Source: an uncultured Clostridia bacterium
GTDB taxonomy: Bacteria > Bacillota > Clostridia > Christensenellales > Borkfalkiaceae
DNA: 52,656 nucleotides
Assembly: GCA_964393805.1 (NCBI GenBank)
Contig: CAYMUQ010000001.1
Coordinates: forward strand, 1-52,656
Direction of reading: 5' to 3'
In this document: in pieces, positions 45,186-52,656 of the stretch
Layout of the letters: the number at the start of each line of letters is the position of its first letter
How positions within the stretch are numbered: the stretch's first letter is position 1
Program-made: the position numbers and the translations under genes
The notes under the pieces: generated by a model
Database searches by the model: none
What the model was told of the DNA's origin: nothing
What the model saw: only the letters and a program-made list of their open reading frames with translations

Positions 45186-48100
45186 TCAGCTTAGAGAAAT
45201 TTTGTCGGAAGCGCTCCTAATAAACATTCCGGAGGTCACCCCCTCGTCTATGCAGTCGCTTAAAAACGCCTCGAACTTTGTCGGAAGTTTTTTGATTTTC
45301 AGCTCCGCGACCGCCGCGGACACCAGCTCGTCGCGGTACATTCCCACGTTGCGGATAAGAAGCGCTCTTATGAGCGCAAGCATATCGAACGGCGAGTAGT
45401 CCGACTTTGAAGTACGCAGGGTACTACCCTCCTCCACGCGGAATTTGCGGAAGTCGACAGCTCTGCCGCTCTTATAGTAGTGTGTTTGTCCGAGCATATC
45501 CGCCGACTTGAACGCACACGAGGAAATGAGCGAACCAACCTTGTTTTCCAGTCTCGCGCCGTACTTGGTTATCCCGTACTCGGCGAGTACGCGCTTAATT
45601 AGAAACGCGCGCGAAATAGGCTCCTCCGCCGAGACCACCGACTTCAAAGTCTTAACTATTTCCTCGTCCATATCTCCGCCCGAGAGAGCGTCGGCGCTCA
45701 CGCGGCTTACCTGCGTATCGGCGGCTTTGTAGACTTTTTTGTAGCTTGCCTCCGCGTTGCCGCCAGACGAGGTCAGTCTGTCGAGAAGGTCTTTAATCTT
45801 TTTGATTTCCCTCTTCGGGTTATTGAAGAAATTGACCGAGTAAAGTCTTACCACGTTCCAGTTACCGCGCTTTAAGGCGTTGACCTGCATAACGAATTTA
45901 TCCTTTACCGAAAAGCCCGCGTCGCCGTCGCACAGTACTGCCAAAATGAAGTTCTTTCTGTTTGACGGGTCGAGCACGGCAACATCGATTTTAAAGTCGG
46001 AAGCGCCGACGTCGCACCTGCATTCGTAGCCGTATAAGCTGAGCTCCTTTGCAATATACTTGCCTATCCCCGCTCTGTCCAAAGCCGTTTCGTCGCTTTG
46101 CGAAGCGAGACCCAATCTGCCCTTTTCGGCAAACTCTAAAAAGGCTTTGAGCCCCGCAACACCCTTCGAGGTGGTACGCGACAGGTCGGTCTGCGTATAG
46201 CGCATAGATGAGAAAACCAACATTTCTTCCCTTGCGCGGGAGACCGCAACGTTAAGTCTGCGCCAGCCGCCCACCTGATTTAAAGGTCCGAAATTCAAGG
46301 ATATTTTACCTGCGCGGTCGGGTCCGTAGCACACCGAAAATAGTATGACGTCGCGCTCGTCGCCCTGAACGTTTTCGAGGTTCTTTACAAACAGCGGCTC
46401 TTCCCCGCCGTACGCAAATTCGTCCAGTCCCTTTTCGGCTATTTTCTTATACAGCAGTTTCTCTATATACGCCTGCTGAGGCGTCGAGAAGGTCACCACT
46501 CCAAGAGAAGACTTTCGCAAAATCGGGTCGGATAATCTTCTTATAACCTCGTCGCACAAATCCTCCGCCTCTTTCTTGTTACACTTGGACGCACCTCTTT
46601 CGTACACGCCGCCTTCGACGTATTTCAACCTTACTTTGGAATCTGCAGCGTCGGGCGACGGGAAGGTACAGAGCCTCGATGAATAGTAAGTTATATTTGA
46701 AAACGCTATCAAACTTTCGTGCTTGGAGCGGTAATGCCATATAAGATGCTTTTCGGGTATCCCAAGGGCGAGGCAGTCGTCCAAAACGCTCTCCAAGTCG
46801 TCTGCTTCGGGGTTGTCCTCGTCCGCGCCGACAGACATAAAGAACGAGGTCGGCGGCATCTGTTTGGGGTCGCCCACTATTACCGCGCTCTTGGCTCTCG
46901 CAAGAGACGGAACCGCCTCGCATGTCGGAAGCTGGGAAGCCTCGTCGAAAATTGCCAAGTCGAACAAATCGGACTGCGCGGGCAGGTACTGCGAGACGGT
47001 GAACGGACTCATCAGCATACACGGCGCGGCAACTTTTAAAAGCTCTGGTACGGACGCAAAGAGATTTCTGAGATTAAGTCCTCTTAAATTTGAACCCGTC
47101 TGCCTTTTGAAGCTTAAAAGCTCTAAGGCAAGTGCGCCCTCAGTCCCCTCTGCGGGAAGCCTTGAAATCAAATCTTTTCTAATCTTTAACCGCGTAAGAC
47201 GGATAAATTCGTCGTAGAGCTTTGTTAGATTGCTTGCCGCCTCGTCGATGACCGTAGCCGAAAAATCGGCAAGGCGCAAATCTGCGGGAACGTGATTTTT
47301 GACGAAATTGCCGAACACGTTTTTGCGGAACGCCGACAGAATTTTTTCACCGCTTATCCGTCCGCTTTCCAAAGCGTCGGTAATAAAGGTAAGACCGCTT
47401 TCGTTGAGTTTTTTCGCCGTCGCCTTGTACGTACACCACGCGGGAAGCATATCGATATTTTCTATGAGATAAGAACACTTATTGCCGTAATAGTCGAATA
47501 TATCCTCGTCCGAAACGGCTTTTATGTCGCATTCGGTTATCTCGTTAAAGCTTCCGCTCGCATCGTAAAACGCGGACGCCGCCGATATAAAGCCGTCGAA
47601 AAGAGGCTTAAATCTTTTGTCCTTCGCTTTGACGCAGACGGCGTTGAACGCGTCGGCGTTATAGTCCATAAATACCGAGGTGCAAAGCGCGTGAAAGGCG
47701 TAGAAAGGCTTTAAAAACTCCTCGCGCTTTTTGTCGTTTATTCCGCCCGTAAGACCGAGGAAATTGTCCGAAAGCGCGGTATTATCCGCAATCTTCCGCC
47801 TCTCCTTTTCGATGGCGGCAGCCTCTTTTATAACGCCGAGTTTCTCCTCGTCTTTAATCGGAGTTTTAGCTAAACGGCTTATCTTTTTAATTGCAACGGT
47901 CAGTGCGTGAGACGAAGAAAAATCACCGTTGAAGTTTTCGATTTCTTCGTCCAGCTCGTCGAATAATTTACCGAGCTCGGCAAGTCCCTTAAAGCGCGTC
48001 AGCCAGTTTTTAACCGCCGCGTCGTATCTTAAATTGGCGTTGTAAAAGTTACGGAGTTCCCGCTCGTCGCAGGCGTAAAAAACGTCTAAAGTTCCCTTGG

Positions 48101-50816
48101 CGAGTAACTTTATTATCTCAACCAAAGTGTTGAGTTTTTTGACGGTGAAAGTACCCGTCTTCTGACCGAAGGTTTCCAGAAACAGCGACAGGTAATTTTT
48201 AAGGTGTTTAATCTCCGCGCAGGTCACTTCCGCAGAGCACAACACCGAACGCTTGAACTTGTCGTCGCAATAGGTCGCGTTGACGTTCGAAAAGGGCGAA
48301 CGGCAAACTCCGCCGCACTCCCTCGCCGCCGCCTGTGCGGATAAGAGCATACCTTCGTACTCGGCAAGCTTTTGTGCGGTCAGATTGTCGTAGAAGACGC
48401 TTTCCACGTTAACAAGCTCGGGTGCGGAGAAATTTTTGAAATAGCTTAAAATTCCCTCGTAGACAGAAACGCCCGTACCGCGCTTTTCGTGCATAGCGCT
48501 CATAGGATTTTTTATGGTTTCCCGAAGAGTTTTGATTGCCTCTGCGTCGGCAATAAACTTGCTCTCGTCGAAGGTACTTTTTAATTCCAGTGCATTTTCG
48601 ATCGAGCGCACTATCTCGCCCTTATCCGCAGTCTTGCCGCTGTGCAGTTCGAGACAGAACTCGCCTATACCTATCTCGCCGAGGCGCTTTTTAACGACGT
48701 TCAGCGCCGCCTGCTTTTCGGCGACGAACAGTACTCTTTTGCCTCTGTCGAGAGCGTTTGCAATAATATTCGTAATAGTCTGACTTTTGCCCGTTCCCGG
48801 GGGACCGTGCAGTACGAAGGTTTTACCTGCCGCCGCCTCGGCAACCGCGGCGTACTGCGAGCTATCACAGGCAAGCGGCGTTAGAATTTCGGCGGGGTCG
48901 TCCGTGTCCTCGTCCGCACCTATTAACGTGTTGTCAGCAAGCCTTCCTTTATTTTCGAGAAGTCCGCAGATTAAGGGGTTCTTTTTATACTCGTCCATAT
49001 TGTCGCGGACGTCGCGCCATATAGCGTAGCCAGCGAACGTGAACTGCGCGAGATACGCGTCCTCGAAAACCAGCCAGTCCTTCATATGCGCCGTCTTTGA
49101 ACGCACTACCGCGAGCATTTTCGAAGGCGCAAATTTGTTGTCCTGCAAGCCCCTTAAATCCAACCCGAATTCCTGTTTCAGAAATTCGAGCAAAGTTGTA
49201 TTTACCGAAAACTCTTCGGAAGGTACGATTTCCGTACCCTGCGTTTTGTTGTTTTTTATTCTTACGGGAAGGAGTGCAATCGGCGCGTATTTATACTCCT
49301 TGTCCTCCGCGTGCTTCCACCTCAAAAATCCGAGGGCGAGATAGAGAGTGTTTGCACCCGTCTCCTCCTCGGATGATTTACCCTTTCTTATTAGCGCACG
49401 CACCGCCTCTTTTAAAACACTTTCCGAAAAACAGGCGCGTACTATGCCCGAGTTAAGCTCTAAATTTATGAGTTCGGATAAATTACCTACACTGCGGTTC
49501 AAGCCGAAATTCTGCCCCTCTTCGAGCTTGGCGACGTTGGGTAAAAGGTTAAAGCTTTCCTTTGCCGTGAGCTTTTCCGCAAACCCGTCCGTGTCGCTTA
49601 TTAGAAGATGAACGCAGTCCCTCTCGTATCTGAAATTCAGAAGATTGTTCTTCTGCGATAAATCCAGTAGCCGCCTTTCCCAGTTGCCGTTCCTCGTGGA
49701 CTTGCGCTCTAAGGTCACGTCGTTTGCGTTAATAAGCTTTTCGGGCTTTGCGTCGTACGAGTAGCGGTCGCCCTCGAGTATCTCGTAAGACGAACCGCTT
49801 TCTATCTTGATGGGCATAGAAAACACGCCGCCTATTCGGCACCTTTTGACGTCTATGCACAAATCGTATCTGCCCGCCTGTAAAAGCGAAGAAAAATGCG
49901 CGGCGGAGGTCGCGTAGCTTGCGTTTTTGTGAGCAAACAAATCGTCGACATCGACTATCGCAAGACTGTTTACACCCGAAGATATATAGCGTTCGATATA
50001 AGTTAAGTCGTCCATTACGGGCGCATTGAAGCAACTTTCGACAAGCCATACACCCACCGCTATTTTATTTGCACCCACGACTATGACGGGGTTGAGCTTA
50101 GCCGCTTCCAGACACGAAGCCGTAAAGACCGCCATAGCAAGGGGCGTTGCTTTGCGGTCGAACAATATTTCCGTAAGATTGCCGACGGATACCGTATCGG
50201 TCATTACGCCGCCGTCTTCGCGCTCCAATCCCAGATTTCTGACGGCGGAAAATATCGACGCAAACGCAAAGTTTACGGCGTTTTTGTCGTTGCCTGTATA
50301 TCCGCTCCACTCCCTCGAATAGCCCCAGGTTTTAAGCTGTAAGCCCGCCTCCGCGAGTATTTTTTTGCAGTCCGACAGACGGGGGCGCACGAACGCCGAC
50401 AGCATTTCGGCGTTGCCCGAAAGTCCCGACCAACTATCCATGGGAAGAGCCGTAACGGTTGCCGAAATAGTGCATACGGTTATTTTTCCGCACGACACGC
50501 AGACGGTTACGGTGCAGTCCTTTTTATCCTTTATCTCAGCAAGAAATTTGGGGTTTAAAAGGGGCGGCGTCTTGACTTCGGTGCCGCTCTCGGCAGGCAC
50601 TTTTTTTACGCTTATCTGCGAGGACAAAACGAGTTTATCCGAGCCCGTTACGGTCACGGTAAGCTCCTCTATATCCTCCGCCCCGTTGTTTATCAGACGG
50701 AAAGAAGTAAACAGCGGAATTCTGTTGTAATAGGTTGCATACGAAACGCAGTTTAAAAGCTCGCCTTCAAGGTCGAGCGCTTCGAGTTTTTGTACGGTTT
50801 TTTTGTCAACTGCCAT
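45186..50816 (-). CDS. Giant (~1876 aa) DUF4011 / Upf1-like SF1 helicase (AAA_11+AAA_12) / restriction-endonuclease-like / DUF3320-like protein
   Basis: DUF4011-type signature NWERRLLDLSQKNNLLNF (49632-49676 region). Walker A LHGPPGTGKSQT (48783-48806). Motif II FDLAIFDEASQ (46932-46946). Further helicase motifs VIVGDPKQMPP, WHYRSKHESLI, VQGDERDVILFS and LNVAVSRAREE. Vsr/DUF559-like block ...DFKIDVAV...LAVLCDG...RLYS. The start is set to ATG 50816 (GAGGA 7 nt upstream), because the ORF-track TTG at 50903 lacks an RBS and lies in a terminator. Confidence 0.85.
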   Translation of the reverse strand: MAVDKKTVQKLEALDLEGELLNCVSYATYYNRIPLFTSFRLINNGAEDIEELTVTVTGSDKLVLSSQISVKKVPAESGTEVKTPPLLNPKFLAEIKDKKDCTVTVCVSCGKITVCTISATVTALPMDSWSGLSGNAEMLSAFVRPRLSDCKKILAEAGLQLKTWGYSREWSGYTGNDKNAVNFAFASIFSAVRNLGLEREDGGVMTDTVSVGNLTEILFDRKATPLAMAVFTASCLEAAKLNPVIVVGANKIAVGVWLVESCFNAPVMDDLTYIERYISSGVNSLAIVDVDDLFAHKNASYATSAAHFSSLLQAGRYDLCIDVKRCRIGGVFSMPIKIESGSSYEILEGDRYSYDAKPEKLINANDVTLERKSTRNGNWERRLLDLSQKNNLLNFRYERDCVHLLISDTDGFAEKLTAKESFNLLPNVAKLEEGQNFGLNRSVGNLSELINLELNSGIVRACFSESVLKEAVRALIRKGKSSEEETGANTLYLALGFLRWKHAEDKEYKYAPIALLPVRIKNNKTQGTEIVPSEEFSVNTTLLEFLKQEFGLDLRGLQDNKFAPSKMLAVVRSKTAHMKDWLVFEDAYLAQFTFAGYAIWRDVRDNMDEYKKNPLICGLLENKGRLADNTLIGADEDTDDPAEILTPLACDSSQYAAVAEAAAGKTFVLHGPPGTGKSQTITNIIANALDRGKRVLFVAEKQAALNVVKKRLGEIGIGEFCLELHSGKTADKGEIVRSIENALELKSTFDESKFIADAEAIKTLRETIKNPMSAMHEKRGTGVSVYEGILSYFKNFSAPELVNVESVFYDNLTAQKLAEYEGMLLSAQAAARECGGVCRSPFSNVNATYCDDKFKRSVLCSAEVTCAEIKHLKNYLSLFLETFGQKTGTFTVKKLNTLVEIIKLLAKGTLDVFYACDERELRNFYNANLRYDAAVKNWLTRFKGLAELGKLFDELDEEIENFNGDFSSSHALTVAIKKISRLAKTPIKDEEKLGVIKEAAAIEKERRKIADNTALSDNFLGLTGGINDKKREEFLKPFYAFHALCTSVFMDYNADAFNAVCVKAKDKRFKPLFDGFISAASAFYDASGSFNEITECDIKAVSDEDIFDYYGNKCSYLIENIDMLPAWCTYKATAKKLNESGLTFITDALESGRISGEKILSAFRKNVFGNFVKNHVPADLRLADFSATVIDEAASNLTKLYDEFIRLTRLKIRKDLISRLPAEGTEGALALELLSFKRQTGSNLRGLNLRNLFASVPELLKVAAPCMLMSPFTVSQYLPAQSDLFDLAIFDEASQLPTCEAVPSLARAKSAVIVGDPKQMPPTSFFMSVGADEDNPEADDLESVLDDCLALGIPEKHLIWHYRSKHESLIAFSNITYYSSRLCTFPSPDAADSKVRLKYVEGGVYERGASKCNKKEAEDLCDEVIRRLSDPILRKSSLGVVTFSTPQQAYIEKLLYKKIAEKGLDEFAYGGEEPLFVKNLENVQGDERDVILFSVCYGPDRAGKISLNFGPLNQVGGWRRLNVAVSRAREEMLVFSSMRYTQTDLSRTTSKGVAGLKAFLEFAEKGRLGLASQSDETALDRAGIGKYIAKELSLYGYECRCDVGASDFKIDVAVLDPSNRKNFILAVLCDGDAGFSVKDKFVMQVNALKRGNWNVVRLYSVNFFNNPKREIKKIKDLLDRLTSSGGNAEASYKKVYKAADTQVSRVSADALSGGDMDEEIVKTLKSVVSAEEPISRAFLIKRVLAEYGITKYGARLENKVGSLISSCAFKSADMLGQTHYYKSGRAVDFRKFRVEEGSTLRTSKSDYSPFDMLALIRALLIRNVGMYRDELVSAAVAELKIKKLPTKFEAFLSDCIDEGVTSGMFIRSASDKISLS

Positions 50817-50849
50817 TTTAATATCCTCGGACGGGCTTATCTTTTCCTT

Positions 50850-50858
50850 ATTATAACA
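50850..50858 (-). promoter_or_regulatory. Extended -10 promoter element (TGTTATAAT) upstream of the giant helicase gene
   Basis: Minus strand has TGTTATAAT at 50858-50850, about 34 nt upstream of ATG 50816. There is no good -35. Confidence 0.4.
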
Positions 50859-50906
50859 GTTGGAAATACCCGCTCCGGGTATATTATTGACGAATTTGCT
50901 CAAATT

Positions 50907-50937
50907 AAAAGGGGCGACTGCATTATTACAGCCGCCC
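50907..50937 (-). terminator. Rho-independent terminator after the UvrD-like gene
   Basis: Minus strand reads GGGCGGCTG-TAATAATG-CAGTCGCCC (9 bp, one G-U) followed by CTTTTAATTT. Confidence 0.6.
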
Positions 50938-50954
50938 TTTATCTATTAATCCGT

Positions 50955-52637
50955 TTATCTGATTATTGCCAAATCTTTCAATGCCCTCGTATATGCGATA
51001 TATTTTTCGTTGTCGGTCATATCCTCGTCCGCCACGGCGACCGCGGTAAATTCGAGCCCCTTGCTTTCGTAAACGGTCAGAAGGTTTATTTTATTCTTCG
51101 AGATTACGCCGCTGTCGCGTACTAAGTTATAGCTTTTGCGTGTGAAAGCTTGTAAGTTTGCTTCCGAAGTTATTACCGCACGCAGTCCCGCCTTGTCGCT
51201 AAGATATGAAGAAACGCCTCTTGCATTAATGGTTTTTACCGCCTCTCCTTCAAGACCTATTGTCTGCATTTTGACGTTCAGATTATCCGAAACGAATGAA
51301 ACTATCATATTGGTATTGCGGTAGTTCAAGTCCAGTTCGTAGAGTTGCATATTAAGATGCGACCAGTCCTCCACGCCCCTATACCCCGTAATATTCTGCT
51401 TCAAATCGCCGAACAGGTTGAAGCAGGCTTCCGAGTTTATCTGTTTTAAAAGCCCGTACTCGGTCGGCGAAATATCCTGCGCTTCGTCTACGAAAACGAA
51501 CGAATATGCGGGAGTGAGGTTATAACCCAACCGTTTCAAAAGAAGGCACAGCGCGAACGCGTCGCTTCTAATAAGCTTTTTGGTCTGTAACCCGTATTTA
51601 CTTTTTACGGGCTTGACTATTTCGCGGTAAAAGTACCGCGCAAGCTCTACGCCGTTCCCGCACGACCCTATCTTTACAAGATTTTTCTCGCCCCTTACAA
51701 CCTCGTAAAAGTCCGATAAATACGCGAACTTTTCGGAAATTTCAGAAACACTCTTCTTTGTCCTTTCAATCTCGCGCTTGGTCTCTTCGCGCTTAGCTAT
51801 CCTGTCGGGATAGGTGTATTCCACCTTATCGCCGATATGCTGTTTATACCGCTTTAAGTCCTCTATCTCCTTGTCTATCACTTTGTAAAGAGTACTCAAA
51901 TCGTTTTCCGCATCCCTGCAAATCTTCTGTCCGCCGACGCAGGCAGACTTCAAAGATTTATAGAACGAGAGAAGCTGACGGTAAAAATAGTAATATCCGT
52001 CCATCTTGGCGTCGGTGCGGTTTACGCAGAGAAACTCTTTAATCTCGTTTATACAGTTAAAGAGATTTCTCATCTGTTTGGTGTAGTAGAGACCGCCGTC
52101 GGGCTTTTCCTTTATTTCGCCCAGCACGCAACGCCTGACACGCGTTCCTGCGTTCTTGATTTTTTCGTATTCGCTCTGCTGTAAATTAATCGCTTTGAGT
52201 ATAGAGGCGACGAATTCGTCGCCTCTGTCCGAGGGCAACATACCTCTGACGTCCGAATAAATTTTTGTGAGCTTTTTATCGACGTACTCCGCAAACTGCG
52301 GCGAATAGATATACTTTAAATAATCCTCGTCGACGGGCGAGAGATAGTCCACCCTGCCCTCCAAATCTATCCCCGCGCTCTTTAAAAGACGCGCGTAATA
52401 ATTTTCCAAAGTGACAGTCTTTACCCTCTCAAGTTCGAGGATCTGCGCAAGCTCGTCGATAAAGGCGTTGAAGCTGTCCGACGGCGTTATAACGAGTACC
52501 TGCGAGGGCTTGATATTCTCGTTGTTATACATAAGGTAGGACAGTCTGTGCAGAAGTATCATAGTCTTGCCGCTTCCCGCAACGCCCTGTACTATAAATT
52601 CCTTGTCCTGTTGTTGTGTTTTCTGCCATATAAGCAA
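50955..52637 (-). CDS. UvrD/Rep-like superfamily 1 helicase/ATPase (start uncertain, at window edge)
   Basis: 560 aa. Walker A GVAGSGKT at residues 18-25 (52563-52586). Motif Ia VLVITPSD. Motif II FVFVDEAQDISPTEY. Motif III FGDLKQNI. Motif IV LNYRNT. Motif V LLTVYESKGLEF. Motif VI AYTRALKDLAII. A ~300-aa helical insertion lies between motifs Ia and II. TTG start 3 nt after an in-frame TGA. Confidence 0.8.
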   Translation of the reverse strand: MLIWQKTQQQDKEFIVQGVAGSGKTMILLHRLSYLMYNNENIKPSQVLVITPSDSFNAFIDELAQILELERVKTVTLENYYARLLKSAGIDLEGRVDYLSPVDEDYLKYIYSPQFAEYVDKKLTKIYSDVRGMLPSDRGDEFVASILKAINLQQSEYEKIKNAGTRVRRCVLGEIKEKPDGGLYYTKQMRNLFNCINEIKEFLCVNRTDAKMDGYYYFYRQLLSFYKSLKSACVGGQKICRDAENDLSTLYKVIDKEIEDLKRYKQHIGDKVEYTYPDRIAKREETKREIERTKKSVSEISEKFAYLSDFYEVVRGEKNLVKIGSCGNGVELARYFYREIVKPVKSKYGLQTKKLIRSDAFALCLLLKRLGYNLTPAYSFVFVDEAQDISPTEYGLLKQINSEACFNLFGDLKQNITGYRGVEDWSHLNMQLYELDLNYRNTNMIVSFVSDNLNVKMQTIGLEGEAVKTINARGVSSYLSDKAGLRAVITSEANLQAFTRKSYNLVRDSGVISKNKINLLTVYESKGLEFTAVAVADEDMTDNEKYIAYTRALKDLAIIR

Positions 52638-52640
52638 AAT

Positions 52641-52656
52641 TCACCAACTGGTCGTT
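52641..52656 (-). other. Possible 3' end (…TTSW-TGA) of a further upstream minus-strand ORF cut by the window edge
   Basis: The frame is open from the window edge to the TGA at 52643-52641, and it is the same frame as the UvrD-like gene. Only 5 codons are visible, so this is tentative. Confidence 0.25.

Noticed and set aside
52525-52629. Alternative ATG at 52629 (a different frame from the UvrD-like gene) and the frame open from the window edge (…NDQLVNFAYMAENTTT…).
   Set aside because: That frame stops after 43 codons at ~52525 and would overlap the helicase P-loop region by >100 nt. It contains no motifs. The P-loop frame is clearly the coding one.
1-52656. Whole window as a tRNA-Pro-associated genomic island or prophage.
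   Set aside because: The window is full of single-copy housekeeping genes (holA, uvrC, mutS2, proS, tkt, glmS, glmM, cdaA). It has no integrase, transposase or phage structural genes, and the tRNA fragments lie within 170 nt of the tRNA. I could not run an exhaustive search for a distant direct repeat.
1-52656. CRISPR arrays, tandem repeat arrays, rRNA genes, retron/ncRNA plus RT, and toxin-antitoxin pairs.
   Set aside because: Reading through all intergenic gaps (all shorter than 270 nt), I saw no regularly spaced direct repeats, no reverse transcriptase or Cas-like ORFs, and no small two-gene cassettes. The only repeats found are the tRNA fragments and the in-frame repeat in the Wzx tail.

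Overview
52.7-kb chromosomal segment that looks like a mid-GC, spore-forming Firmicute (Clostridia-like). Supporting genes are spoIIID, cdaA, comEC-holA, a sporulation-type deacetylase/M16 peptidase pair, and an archaeal-type proS. I call 37 CDS, 35 of them on the minus strand and tightly packed (many stop/start overlaps), plus the 3' part of a tRNA-Pro(CGG) at the left edge. I saw no rRNA, CRISPR array, transposase, integrase or prophage genes. Layout from left to right: (1) tRNA-Pro plus decayed tRNA fragments. (2) cdaA, a 35-aa ORF, a DUF1015 gene and aspartate kinase. (3) comEC-holA. (4) A long co-directional maintenance array: uvrC, a HAD phosphatase, a U32 protein, mutS2, a deacetylase, an M16 peptidase, a hypoxanthine-DNA glycosylase, an AlkD-like gene and tex. 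(5) proS, with a diverging plus-strand phosphohexomutase-tkt pair. (6) A split BcrA/BadF-type activase with an HgdB-like partner. (7) spoIIID. (8) A Wzx/Wzy-type glycan cluster at 30.5-41 kb, fed by an acetyltransferase-glmM-glmS operon. (9) At the right edge, two adjacent superfamily-1 helicase genes: a 560-aa UvrD-like ATPase, then an ~1876-aa protein with DUF4011, a Upf1-like helicase core, a restriction-endonuclease-like fold and a DUF3320-like tail. This helicase pair is my best candidate for an uncharacterised nucleic-acid surveillance, defence or repair module, and its operon may continue beyond the window. Several ORF-track N-termini are over-extended, and I re-set those starts using RBS and homology logic. 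All family assignments come from motif recognition by eye; no database search was run.
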